Shown here piece by piece: positions 7,213-15,802 of a stretch of DNA of 64,000 bases. The notes beneath the pieces are model-generated. The model did no database searches, had not been told where the DNA came from, and saw only the letters and a list, made by a program, of their open reading frames with translations. A program made the translations under genes and the position numbers. How positions within the stretch are numbered: position 1 is the stretch's first letter; every line of letters starts with the position of its first letter. Source of the DNA: a bacterium (GTDB lineage Bacteria; Myxococcota_A; UBA9160; UBA6930); the NCBI GenBank assembly GCA_024226235.1, contig JAAELW010000122.1, positions 7,953 through 71,952 on the forward strand, in the 5' to 3' direction.

Positions 7213-9788
7213 CGGAGCTGGCCTACGGGAGTGGCAAGGCATTCCAGAGGCGTCACGTTCTGGGGTGGTCGCTGATCAGTCTCTCCGGGGCGGTCCTCAG
7301 TGTTGCCTACCTCGCGACGGTTCTGATCCTGACACCGGAGCAGTGGTCGGCGTTCGGGCTTGCAGGTGGTATTGCGGCCGCTGGGTTGACTGTCTTTGCC
7401 CAGGCTCTGCAGCGCCGCTTCTCACGACCGATTCTGGATGCAATCGACGCGATCGCAGCGGGCGATTCAGCCCCCGATGGATTTCGGATCGCCTTCGCCC
7501 GGCTCACACACCTGCCCTATCGGAGCGCGCGTGACACGCTGATCGTCTGGAGCGGCGCCGCGATCTTCGTGCCCTGCTTCCTGGCCGTTGCCCTCGAATC
7601 GGTCTCGATCTTTACCTGCATTGCGATCGCAATGGCCACGCTAAGTGGTGGAACGATCGCCGCGGTCTTCATGTTCTTCGGCATCAAGCAGATGGTCGCG
7701 CCGCTCGTGGACGAATGGGCCCAGAGCCTTCCGGACGGTTCAGAACGCGCCGAGTTGATGCCTGACGTCTCTCTCTCGACGAAGCTCGCAGTACCCCTGC
7801 TCGCGGTATCGACCGTGACGCTCTCCTTTGCGCTTCTGCTCTCCTATGCATTGGCGAGCCGGCCTGTCGAAGCCCAGGATGTACGTGTCAAACAGGCCTA
7901 CTTGGAGTACTCGGTCGATGAGTTGGCCAAGGACGCCGATGCAATCGGGCGCTTGCGTGAGATCGGCGCCGCCTTCTCCGCGACCCATGCGATGTTGATC
8001 ATCGATCGCCGGCAAAGGGCGATCGTCGACGGACCCCCGGACGGTATGCGACCTGCGGAGATCGAGTGGCTTCTCGGACAGACCGAGGAAGCGACTGGTG
8101 AAAGCACGGGCTTCGACTCCCCGAACAGTTTTGCCTGGCTGAACCTGGAAGCTGACGGTCGGAGGGTGTTGGTCGCGGTCACCCCGGGTTCGGTCTTCGC
8201 TGCAGATCAGCTGGCTACGAGCATGGCCTTCGCAGGCGTGACGTTCATCGCCCTGATGATCACATTCCTCACCTGTCGGGCGCTCGCCCGGGATGTCAGT
8301 GTGACGACCCAGCGCCTGATCGGTCGGGCCGAGCGGATCGCCGATGGAGATTTCCTCGCGCAGGACGTGGTCGAATCGGAGGATGAACTCGGAGTCCTGG
8401 GGCGCACCTTCGACCGGATGGTGGACTCACTGCGCGAGATGCTCGGGCGAGTGGCTGCAGCCGCTGACGGTCTGGATCGGGCCGTCAATGATCTCGGGGC
8501 AATCGGTGAGGCGGTGACGACGGCGACCGACGATCAGCGCGCAGACATCGAGCAGGCGACCGCCCAGGTGGCTGCCGTCAACCACAAGGTCTCGCAGATC
8601 ACCGGGAACGCCCAGGCGTTGAACGCCAACGTCGAAGAAGCCAGTAGCTCGATCCTCGAGCTGGGTGCCGCGAGTGAGCAGCTGAACCAGACCGCCACGA
8701 CCCTCAGCAGCCACGTCGAAGAGGTGGGGGGGTCGATCGAGCAGATGATTCGCAGCGTCGCGCAGGTGGGGGAGAACACGGAAGGATTGGTTGCGGGCGT
8801 GTCCGAGACTGCCAGTTCGATGTCGGAAATGGCGGTGGCGATGACCGAGGTGGATACCAATGCCACCCACGCTGCCGGCCTGTCTTCCCAGGTGGTCGAG
8901 CTCTCCGAGCGAGGGCAGGAGCGCGTCCACGAGACGATCAGCGGCATGGAAGCGATTCGAGACACGACCGAGACCGCAGACGAGGTGATCGGGAGTCTGG
9001 CCGGACGCATGGCCGAGATCGGAGCAATCGTCGACGTGATCGACGACGTCGCAGACGAGACCAACCTGCTGGCGCTGAATGCAGCGATCATCGCCGCCCA
9101 GGCAGGTGATCAAGGCCGCTCGTTTTCGGTCGTCGCAGAGGAAATCAAGGATCTGGCGGATCGCGTACTCAGCAGCACCAAGGAAATCGGTGAGCTGATC
9201 CGGGCCGTGCAAAACGAAACGGCGAACGCTACCGAGGCGATCGGTCGTGGAACGGAGCGCGTGCTGAGCGGTGTAGAGCTGGCGGCCGAGGCCGGACTTG
9301 CACTCGAGGAGATCACCGGCGCCGCACGGGGCTCAGGAGGCCGCATCCAGGAGATCGTTCACGCAGTACGCGAGCAAGCGGGAGCGGCTCGGCATGTGGC
9401 GGGCCTGATGGACCACGTCAGTGCGCAGGTCGAAGACATCCAGGAAGCCGGTCGGGAGCAAGAGCGCGGAAATGATGTGATGGTTCGCGGTGCCCATGTG
9501 ACCCGTGATGTCGCCCAGCAGACCCAACGAACGACTGAGGAGCAGTCGCGGGGAGCAGGGCGGATCCGGCACAGCATGGAGAGTATTCGCGACACCGTGG
9601 ATCAGATCCACGCCGGGCTGCAGGAGCAGACCCATTCGTGTCGCTCCACAGTGTCATTTTTGGAGCAGGTCTTCGAACGGACCTGCTCTAACGAGGAATC
9701 GTCTCTTCGTCTCGCCAATGCGACTCGTGCGCTGGGCGAGCAGGCTGCAGCCCTGCGCGACGGCGTGAACCGGTTCCGGATCCAATGA
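7209..9788 (+). CDS. methyl-accepting chemotaxis protein with a multi-pass N-terminal membrane region and HAMP
   Basis: The ATG at 7209 overlaps the cheW stop (ATGA). Several hydrophobic segments lie in the first ~380 aa. A HAMP-like stretch is present (RIADGDF..ELGVLGRTFDRMVDSL). The signalling hairpin reads ETNLLALNAAIIAAQAGDQGRSFSVVAEEIKDLADRV. Confidence 0.92.
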   Translation: MTELAYGSGKAFQRRHVLGWSLISLSGAVLSVAYLATVLILTPEQWSAFGLAGGIAAAGLTVFAQALQRRFSRPILDAIDAIAAGDSAPDGFRIAFARLTHLPYRSARDTLIVWSGAAIFVPCFLAVALESVSIFTCIAIAMATLSGGTIAAVFMFFGIKQMVAPLVDEWAQSLPDGSERAELMPDVSLSTKLAVPLLAVSTVTLSFALLLSYALASRPVEAQDVRVKQAYLEYSVDELAKDADAIGRLREIGAAFSATHAMLIIDRRQRAIVDGPPDGMRPAEIEWLLGQTEEATGESTGFDSPNSFAWLNLEADGRRVLVAVTPGSVFAADQLATSMAFAGVTFIALMITFLTCRALARDVSVTTQRLIGRAERIADGDFLAQDVVESEDELGVLGRTFDRMVDSLREMLGRVAAAADGLDRAVNDLGAIGEAVTTATDDQRADIEQATAQVAAVNHKVSQITGNAQALNANVEEASSSILELGAASEQLNQTATTLSSHVEEVGGSIEQMIRSVAQVGENTEGLVAGVSETASSMSEMAVAMTEVDTNATHAAGLSSQVVELSERGQERVHETISGMEAIRDTTETADEVIGSLAGRMAEIGAIVDVIDDVADETNLLALNAAIIAAQAGDQGRSFSVVAEEIKDLADRVLSSTKEIGELIRAVQNETANATEAIGRGTERVLSGVELAAEAGLALEEITGAARGSGGRIQEIVHAVREQAGAARHVAGLMDHVSAQVEDIQEAGREQERGNDVMVRGAHVTRDVAQQTQRTTEEQSRGAGRIRHSMESIRDTVDQIHAGLQEQTHSCRSTVSFLEQVFERTCSNEESSLRLANATRALGEQAAALRDGVNRFRIQ

Positions 9789-9804
9789 ACGTCAGGAGAA
9801 CAAG

Positions 9805-10905
9805 ATGATTGCGGCTTGTCCCACATGTGCGGCCCGCTACCGGATCGACAAACACAAACTCGGAGACAAGGGCGCTCGGCTTCGCTGCTCGCGCTGTGAA
9901 TCCGTCTTTCGCGTGCGCGCGCCCACTTCCCAGCCTGCGGAAACTTCCGTTTCTTCTGCCAACCAGCAGCCTGCGGAAGCTCCGGTTTCTTCCGTCGAGC
10001 AGCGGCCTGCGGAAGCTCCGGTTTCTTCCGTCGAGCAGCGGCCTGCGGAAGCTCCGGTTTCTTCCGTCGACCGGCAACCTGTGGAAGTCCCTGTTTCTTC
10101 CGCCAACCAGGACCCGCCGGAAGAGAAGCCGCGGGCGCAGATCGTCATCGCGATGCCCGATGCCGAGGTCGCCAAGAGGACAGCCGATGACCTCAGCGCC
10201 CGCGGTCTCCACAGCATGGTGGTCTTCGACGGGGTCGATGCGATGCTCGAAATCCAGCGCCAGGAGCCGGTCGCGGTCTTGTTGGCTGCAGAGCTTCCGA
10301 AGATGTTCGGCTTTCAGGTCTGTGAGATCGTGAAGCGTAACGCGAGCCTGCGCGGCATCCACGTCGTACTCGCTGGAACCGTCCACCATCCGGAACGCTA
10401 TCGGCGGTCGCCTTCGGAATTCTACGGTGCCGATTCCTACGTCGAGGTTCCGGATCTGCCCGGGGCACTCGCCCCAGTGCTGGTGGAGGCTGGAATCCTG
10501 TCGCCAGAGAATCCTCCGCGAGAAGAGCCGTCGCCCGTGCCGGAGCGGTCAGAGCCGAGTCCGCCGGCCGAAGCGCTGGAGCGGCCTGAGATATCGGGTC
10601 CGGCGCCGACGCAGCCGAAGCAAGAGGAGCCGGCTGCAGCTTCGGCTTCACCGTCTCCGCAGCTCCAAGAAGAGCAAGCCCAGGCAGAGCGCCTGGCTCG
10701 CATCATCGTGTCAGACATCGTGCTCTACAACGAGGAGAAGTTCGCGTCCGCCGTGCAGGCCGGCGACGTGGCGGAGGCGATGGCCGCTGACCTTGCTGAG
10801 GGGCGGGGATTGTTCGAGCAGCGGATCGACGAGAAAGTGAGAGGCAAGGGCGATCACCTCCTGGAAGAATTATTGCGGGTCGCCCGTGCTCGCGGGATGC
10901 AATGA
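9805..10905 (+). CDS. MJ0042-type zinc-ribbon protein with 12-aa tandem repeats, a receiver-like domain lacking the phospho-acceptor Asp, and a conserved helical C-terminus
   Basis: CPTC..(19 aa)..CSRC Zn-ribbon at the N-terminus. Five copies of (Q/R)PAEAPVSSVEQ-type units. A receiver-like region has AVLLAAELPKMFGF where receivers carry D-x-x-MP. The C-terminal motif is AERLARIIVSDIVLYNEEKF. The stop overlaps the next start (ATGA at 10902). Confidence 0.8.
   Translation: MIAACPTCAARYRIDKHKLGDKGARLRCSRCESVFRVRAPTSQPAETSVSSANQQPAEAPVSSVEQRPAEAPVSSVEQRPAEAPVSSVDRQPVEVPVSSANQDPPEEKPRAQIVIAMPDAEVAKRTADDLSARGLHSMVVFDGVDAMLEIQRQEPVAVLLAAELPKMFGFQVCEIVKRNASLRGIHVVLAGTVHHPERYRRSPSEFYGADSYVEVPDLPGALAPVLVEAGILSPENPPREEPSPVPERSEPSPPAEALERPEISGPAPTQPKQEEPAAASASPSPQLQEEQAQAERLARIIVSDIVLYNEEKFASAVQAGDVAEAMAADLAEGRGLFEQRIDEKVRGKGDHLLEELLRVARARGMQ
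9931..10110 (+). repeat. in-frame 36-bp tandem repeat, 5 copies
   Basis: The units encode QPAETSVSSANQ, QPAEAPVSSVEQ, RPAEAPVSSVEQ, RPAEAPVSSVDR and QPVEVPVSSANQ. The central copies are nearly identical at the DNA level. Confidence 0.9.
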
Positions 10906-12974
10906 GCTTCGTGGACAGGGACCAACACGATCATCTGCTTTACGATCTGAGGAGTTCGGACGACGAGGTTCGTCGGCTCGCGGTCGAACGGCTTACGACG
11001 CTTCCGCCGAATGAAGCGATTCCCGCTCTCGTTGCGCAGCTCGCGGATCCGAGCTGGCGCGTCAGGAAGGCTGCCATCGAGCGACTCTCGGAGACCCCCG
11101 AGACGTCGGCCGCAATCCCGGCGTTGGTCGAAGCCCTGGCCGATGGCGAGAATCCCGGCCGGCGCAACGCCGCGCTCGAGACGTTGACGCGATGCGGCTC
11201 CTCGGCCCTGCCAGTGCTCTTCGATGCGTGTCGCGGCCCGGATGTCGATGTACGCAAGCAGGCGGTGGATGCATTGGCGGGGATCGGAGATCCCGCAGCA
11301 GTCCCCCGTCTCCTGGAAGTGCTGTCCGACCCGGACCCGAACGTGCGCGGTGCCGGCGCGGAAGCCCTGGGCTGTGTCGGGAATGAAGACTGCCATTCGA
11401 TCCTACTGCGCCTCGTCAGCGCCGATCCGGAAATCCTCGTACGGTTGTCGGCGCTTCGGGCCCTCGATCGACTCGAAGCCCAGGTGGATACGGCCGAGTT
11501 GCGCTGCGCATTGGACGAATCCCTGCTTTGCGCTGCGGCCTACGCGGTATTGGGCCACAACGACGAGCCGGGCTCCGTGCAGGTGCTCTTGAAAGGGTTG
11601 GAGAGCGGAGGTCGGTCGACCCGAGAGGCAGCCCTCCAGGCGTTGGTACGTATCTGTGCACGTCCGGGGAGCGAGAACGAGGCTCGGGCAACCGAGGTGA
11701 AACAGGCGATCGGGCCGGAAGGGGAAGCGTTCGCGTTCACCACGGCTCAGGTTCGCGAAGGCGACCTCCCCGTGCGGCTGGCAGCCGTCCAGATTCTCGG
11801 ACTGCTGGGTCATGCCGAAGCTGTGGTGCCGATGCTGGATGCGGCCTGCGACGAAGCGCTGTCGGAGGTCGTGCTCGCGGCCCTGGAATCCATGGGCCAG
11901 GCGGTCGTTCCGCCGATCGAGATCGGCTTCGACGATCTCCTTCCGGAAGAACGCCGGATGGCCTGCCGCGCTCTGGGCGCCGCACCTGGTGAGCCAGCTC
12001 GTGGAGTTCTGCTGCGTGCGCTTGCCGACACGGAACATCAAGTGCGGGCCGATGCTGCGCGCGCTCTCGGCCGGCACGGAATGCTCGAGCCGATCGCAGA
12101 GTTGGTCGCTCTACTCGGTGCCGCCGCTCGAGAGGGTGGAGAATGGGGAAACGAGGAGCTGGCCGCATCGACTGCGGCTCTTCGAGCCATCGGGTCGAAT
12201 GATCCGGCTCCCGTGGTCGAGGCCCTGGAGGAGTGTCTCCCCGAGGAGGGGAAGGTCTTCCGGCTCGCAGCAACCGAGGTGATCGGCGCTGTCGGCGACT
12301 CCCGGCAGCTCGAGTTGCTGACGCGGTTGGCCGCCGACCCCGAGCCTCCGGTTCGTCGGGCCGCTGTCGAGGGAATCGCTTCGGTCTCCACGACTCCGCC
12401 GCTCGAAACGTTGCGCCTTGCTCTGGCGGATGAGGACGTGGGTGTGCGGATCGGTGCTGCTCGCGCACTCACGGTCTCGGCTGATCCGGAGGTGATGGCC
12501 GATCTGGCACATCTGACGGAGGATCTCGACCAGCGGGCGCAAGCCGCGGCATTTCGGGCCCTGGGACGCTGGGCTTCACGACATGGGATGGAGCAGGCAC
12601 GGCCGCAGATTCTCGAGCTGGTATCGGCTGCCATTCGCCGGGGAGGGACTCCCGCGATGGCCGGTCTGGAGGTATTGGATCGGCTCGGTGGCGGAAGTGC
12701 GGCCACGCTGGCGACCGCGGCATTGGGGGCGGACGATGCAGAGCTCGTGATGGCTGCCATCGGTTGTGTGGGGCGGCATGCAGAGACGCTGGCGCTTGCC
12801 GAACTCCTGCCTCTGCTGACTCATGACCATTGGGCCGTGCGTGCCCAGGTGGTGGATGTACTTGCGGAAAGGCGATCCCACACGGCGGTTCCGGCGATTC
12901 TCCGAAGGTTGGAGTCCGAGACCGATGAGTTCGTCCGAAGCGCGATCTTCAATGCGTTGGACGCTCTCGAGTAG
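10902..12974 (+). CDS. HEAT-repeat (PBS-lyase-like) protein, 690 aa
   Basis: Repeated ~30-aa units of the type D.D..VR..A..AL(G/A)..G...A.P.L...L.D run along the whole length. Examples are DPSWRVRKAAIERL, DVDVRKQAVDALAGIGDPAAVPRLLEVLSDPDPNVRGAGAEALG and HWAVRAQVVDVLAE. Confidence 0.85.
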   Translation: MSFVDRDQHDHLLYDLRSSDDEVRRLAVERLTTLPPNEAIPALVAQLADPSWRVRKAAIERLSETPETSAAIPALVEALADGENPGRRNAALETLTRCGSSALPVLFDACRGPDVDVRKQAVDALAGIGDPAAVPRLLEVLSDPDPNVRGAGAEALGCVGNEDCHSILLRLVSADPEILVRLSALRALDRLEAQVDTAELRCALDESLLCAAAYAVLGHNDEPGSVQVLLKGLESGGRSTREAALQALVRICARPGSENEARATEVKQAIGPEGEAFAFTTAQVREGDLPVRLAAVQILGLLGHAEAVVPMLDAACDEALSEVVLAALESMGQAVVPPIEIGFDDLLPEERRMACRALGAAPGEPARGVLLRALADTEHQVRADAARALGRHGMLEPIAELVALLGAAAREGGEWGNEELAASTAALRAIGSNDPAPVVEALEECLPEEGKVFRLAATEVIGAVGDSRQLELLTRLAADPEPPVRRAAVEGIASVSTTPPLETLRLALADEDVGVRIGAARALTVSADPEVMADLAHLTEDLDQRAQAAAFRALGRWASRHGMEQARPQILELVSAAIRRGGTPAMAGLEVLDRLGGGSAATLATAALGADDAELVMAAIGCVGRHAETLALAELLPLLTHDHWAVRAQVVDVLAERRSHTAVPAILRRLESETDEFVRSAIFNALDALE

Positions 12975-12976
12975 TC

Positions 12977-13903
12977 ATGATGTGCGAGCGAGACGAGATC
13001 TCTCTTACCGATGCGGAGTTTCGCATGTTCCGGGATTTTTTCCGGGACTATTGCGGCCTGCATTTCGGAGAGGACTCGCGCTTCCTGCTCGAGAAGCGCC
13101 TGGCCCGTCGGGTGCGGGAGCTCGATCTCGGGAGCTTCTCCGCCTATCACTATCTGCTGCGCAAGGCGGGGCAGGGTGAGCAGGAACTCGGGCACGCCAT
13201 CGACGCACTCACGACGAACGAGACGTACTTCTTTCGCGAACGCTCCCAACTCCAGGCGCTCGTGGAGGAGATCATTCCCGAATGCCTCGAGCGACGCCGC
13301 AAGCGGGGTGGGCGAATGCTCAGCATCTGGTCCGCGGGTTGCTCGAGCGGCGAGGAGCCGTACTCGATCGTGATGATGGCCAAGGAGGCTGGCCTCGTGC
13401 CAGGCGACGATTTCCGCGTTTACGCGTCGGATATTTCAGGTGCCATCCTTCAGAAGGCCCGCAACGGGTTGTATCGGCCAGCCTCGTTTCGGGAAGGCCT
13501 GGATCACCTGCAGAAGAAGTACTTCGAGGAGCAGAGTGGCTTGTGGCGGGTTTCCGATGAAATCAAGCGCCACGTGGTCTTCACGCGGGTCAACCTGTTG
13601 GACAAATCACGCGCGGATCTGCTGGGCGCGATGGATGTGATCCTCTGCCGGAATGTGATCATCTACTTTGATCTCGAGACCAAGCGAGAGGTCATTGGTC
13701 GCTTTCACGACAAGCTGCCGCCCGGTGGCTATCTGCTTCTGGGCCACGCAGAGTCGTTGATCAATGTGTCGAGCGCCTTCAGCCTCACCCATCTGAAACG
13801 GGACATGGTCTACCGCCGCCCGCTTCCTGGTGAGGAGCTGCTCGATCCCTGGCATGCGGCGGCCCGGGCCGCGATCTCTCCGATGGAGCGGGAAGAGGGA
13901 TGA
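12977..13903 (+). CDS. cheR: chemotaxis protein methyltransferase CheR
   Basis: Motifs TTNETYFFRE, IWSAGCSSGEEPYSI, ILCRNVIIYFD. Confidence 0.93.
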   Translation: MMCERDEISLTDAEFRMFRDFFRDYCGLHFGEDSRFLLEKRLARRVRELDLGSFSAYHYLLRKAGQGEQELGHAIDALTTNETYFFRERSQLQALVEEIIPECLERRRKRGGRMLSIWSAGCSSGEEPYSIVMMAKEAGLVPGDDFRVYASDISGAILQKARNGLYRPASFREGLDHLQKKYFEEQSGLWRVSDEIKRHVVFTRVNLLDKSRADLLGAMDVILCRNVIIYFDLETKREVIGRFHDKLPPGGYLLLGHAESLINVSSAFSLTHLKRDMVYRRPLPGEELLDPWHAAARAAISPMEREEG

Positions 13904-14949
13904 AACCGAGCGAGCGCATTCGAGTGCTGGTGATCGATGATTCCGCCTTCACGCGAAGAACCCTGGTTCGCATGCTCGAGGGGTCACCGCTGATCGAGGT
14001 CGCCGGTTGGGCTCGCGATGGCGAAGAGGCGCTTCGCATGGCGCTCGAGACCGATTTCGACCTGATCACGCTCGATCTCGAAATGCCGCGCATGGACGGC
14101 TTCACGTTCCTGCGCATCATCATGGCCAGGAAGCCGACTCCGGTGATGGTGGTGAGCGGGCGCTCCGGGCATCAGGATGTCTTTCGCGCCCTCGATCTCG
14201 GTGCGGTGGATTTCCTCGCGAAACCGAGCCTCCGGATCGGCCCCGAACTCCAGACCATCGAACAGGAGCTGATCCGAAAAGTCCACGCCATCCGGCAGCT
14301 TCGCATCGCCAAGGTGCAGGATCGGATCGGCACCACCCAGGCGCTGGCCGGGCCTTCGGCCGCTCCGGGTGTCCCCCCGCGGGTAGTGGCGATCGGCGCT
14401 TCGACCGGCGGCCCGACGGCCCTGATGCAGATATTCAGTGCTTTTACCGAGCCCCCGAGTTGTGGCTTCATCGTTTCCCAGCACATGCCGAAAGGGTTTA
14501 CCCAGAGCTTTGCGGCCCGCATCGATCGCCTGACGGTTTTTCGGGCACAGGAAGCCGAGACGGGAAGTACTGTGGAGGAAGGCATGGTCCTGGTGGCACC
14601 CGGTGGCAGCCATCTCGAATTTGAAAGCCGCGAGGAATCTTCGCGGGCGATCGTCGTGCCTTCCGTGCCCGGCGACAAATACGCACCCGCGGTTGATCGC
14701 ATGTTCCAATCCGCGGCCAAGATCTTCGGATCGGAGCTGCTGGGAATCGTCCTGACTGGCATGGGTGACGACGGCCGCCGTGGTGCGCAGGCGATTCGTG
14801 AGGCCGGGGGTCGTGTCTTCGCCGAATCCGAAGAGACGGCTGTGATCTTCGGCATGCCGCAGCAGGTGATCCGTGCAGGAGCCGCCGACATCGTGGCGCC
14901 TCTGGGGGAGATCCCCGCTCTGATCCAATCCGGCCGGCCGGCGTCATGA
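13900..14949 (+). CDS. cheB: protein-glutamate methylesterase CheB (receiver + methylesterase)
   Basis: Receiver motifs RVLVIDDSAFTRR, DLITLDLEMPRMDG. Esterase motifs VVAIGASTGGPTAL, GMGDDG. The start overlaps the cheR stop (ATGA). Confidence 0.93.
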   Translation: MKPSERIRVLVIDDSAFTRRTLVRMLEGSPLIEVAGWARDGEEALRMALETDFDLITLDLEMPRMDGFTFLRIIMARKPTPVMVVSGRSGHQDVFRALDLGAVDFLAKPSLRIGPELQTIEQELIRKVHAIRQLRIAKVQDRIGTTQALAGPSAAPGVPPRVVAIGASTGGPTALMQIFSAFTEPPSCGFIVSQHMPKGFTQSFAARIDRLTVFRAQEAETGSTVEEGMVLVAPGGSHLEFESREESSRAIVVPSVPGDKYAPAVDRMFQSAAKIFGSELLGIVLTGMGDDGRRGAQAIREAGGRVFAESEETAVIFGMPQQVIRAGAADIVAPLGEIPALIQSGRPAS

Positions 14950-14961
14950 TGGGGTCCTACC

Positions 14962-15771
14962 ATGAGCAATGACGTGTTCGAGAGAGCAGATGAAGTGCTG
15001 GGCCTGTTCCGTCGGGGTGCAGAGTTCACCCGTGAGCTACTGGAAGAGAACAAGGTGCTCCGGCAACGCCTGGCGCGTGTCGAATCCCATCAGCAGGATG
15101 CTGCGCAGGACAATGGCGAGTGGGACAAGCTGCGCTCCCAACTGCTGGAGCGAATCCAGGGCCTCGAGTGTGAGCATCAGGATGCGATCGAACGAGTGGC
15201 GGTTCTCGAGGACGAGAACATGCAATTCGCAGGTCGGTATCTCGAGATCGAAGAGGAAAACAACGCGCTCGCGAACCTCTATGTGGCGAGCTTCCAACTC
15301 CACTCGACACTCGATCTCTCCGAAGTCTTCAGGATCGTCATCGAGATCGTGATCAATCTGATCGGCGCCGAGGTCTTTGCGGTCTACGCCCTCGACGAAA
15401 AGAGCGGAGTGTTCGAGCCGGTGGCCTCCGAGGGAGTGAAACTCTCCAACGTGCCCACGGTGCAGCTCGGTCAGGGTCTGATCGGCGGATCCGTGACGGA
15501 ACGAGAGACGGCTTTCGCGGATCCGGGGAGCCAGACCGACTTGTCGCGGCCGCTCGTGTCGATCCCGTTATGTGTCGATGATCGCGCCATCGGGGCGATC
15601 GCGATCTTCAAGTTGCTTACCCAGAAGAAGGAATTCAGCCCGCTGGACCACGAGTTGTTCACATTGCTGGCTGGGCATGCGGCGACCGCGATCTTTGCGG
15701 CTCAACTCTATTCTCAGTCGGAACGCAAGCTCAATACCATTCAAGGGTTCATCGATCTGCTGACGAAGTAG
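14962..15771 (+). CDS. coiled-coil / GAF domain protein
   Basis: The N-terminal ~100 aa is heptad-rich (LEENKVLRQRLARVESHQQ..LEDENMQFAGRYLEIEEENNALANLY). A GAF-like region follows (LDLSEVFRIVIEIVINLIGAEVFAVYALDE..GLIGGSV..AIGAIAIFKLL..ELFTLLAGHAATAI). Confidence 0.8.
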   Translation: MSNDVFERADEVLGLFRRGAEFTRELLEENKVLRQRLARVESHQQDAAQDNGEWDKLRSQLLERIQGLECEHQDAIERVAVLEDENMQFAGRYLEIEEENNALANLYVASFQLHSTLDLSEVFRIVIEIVINLIGAEVFAVYALDEKSGVFEPVASEGVKLSNVPTVQLGQGLIGGSVTERETAFADPGSQTDLSRPLVSIPLCVDDRAIGAIAIFKLLTQKKEFSPLDHELFTLLAGHAATAIFAAQLYSQSERKLNTIQGFIDLLTK

Positions 15772-15802
15772 CTCGCTCGTGTGCACCGAGCGGGAGGGGA
15801 CC

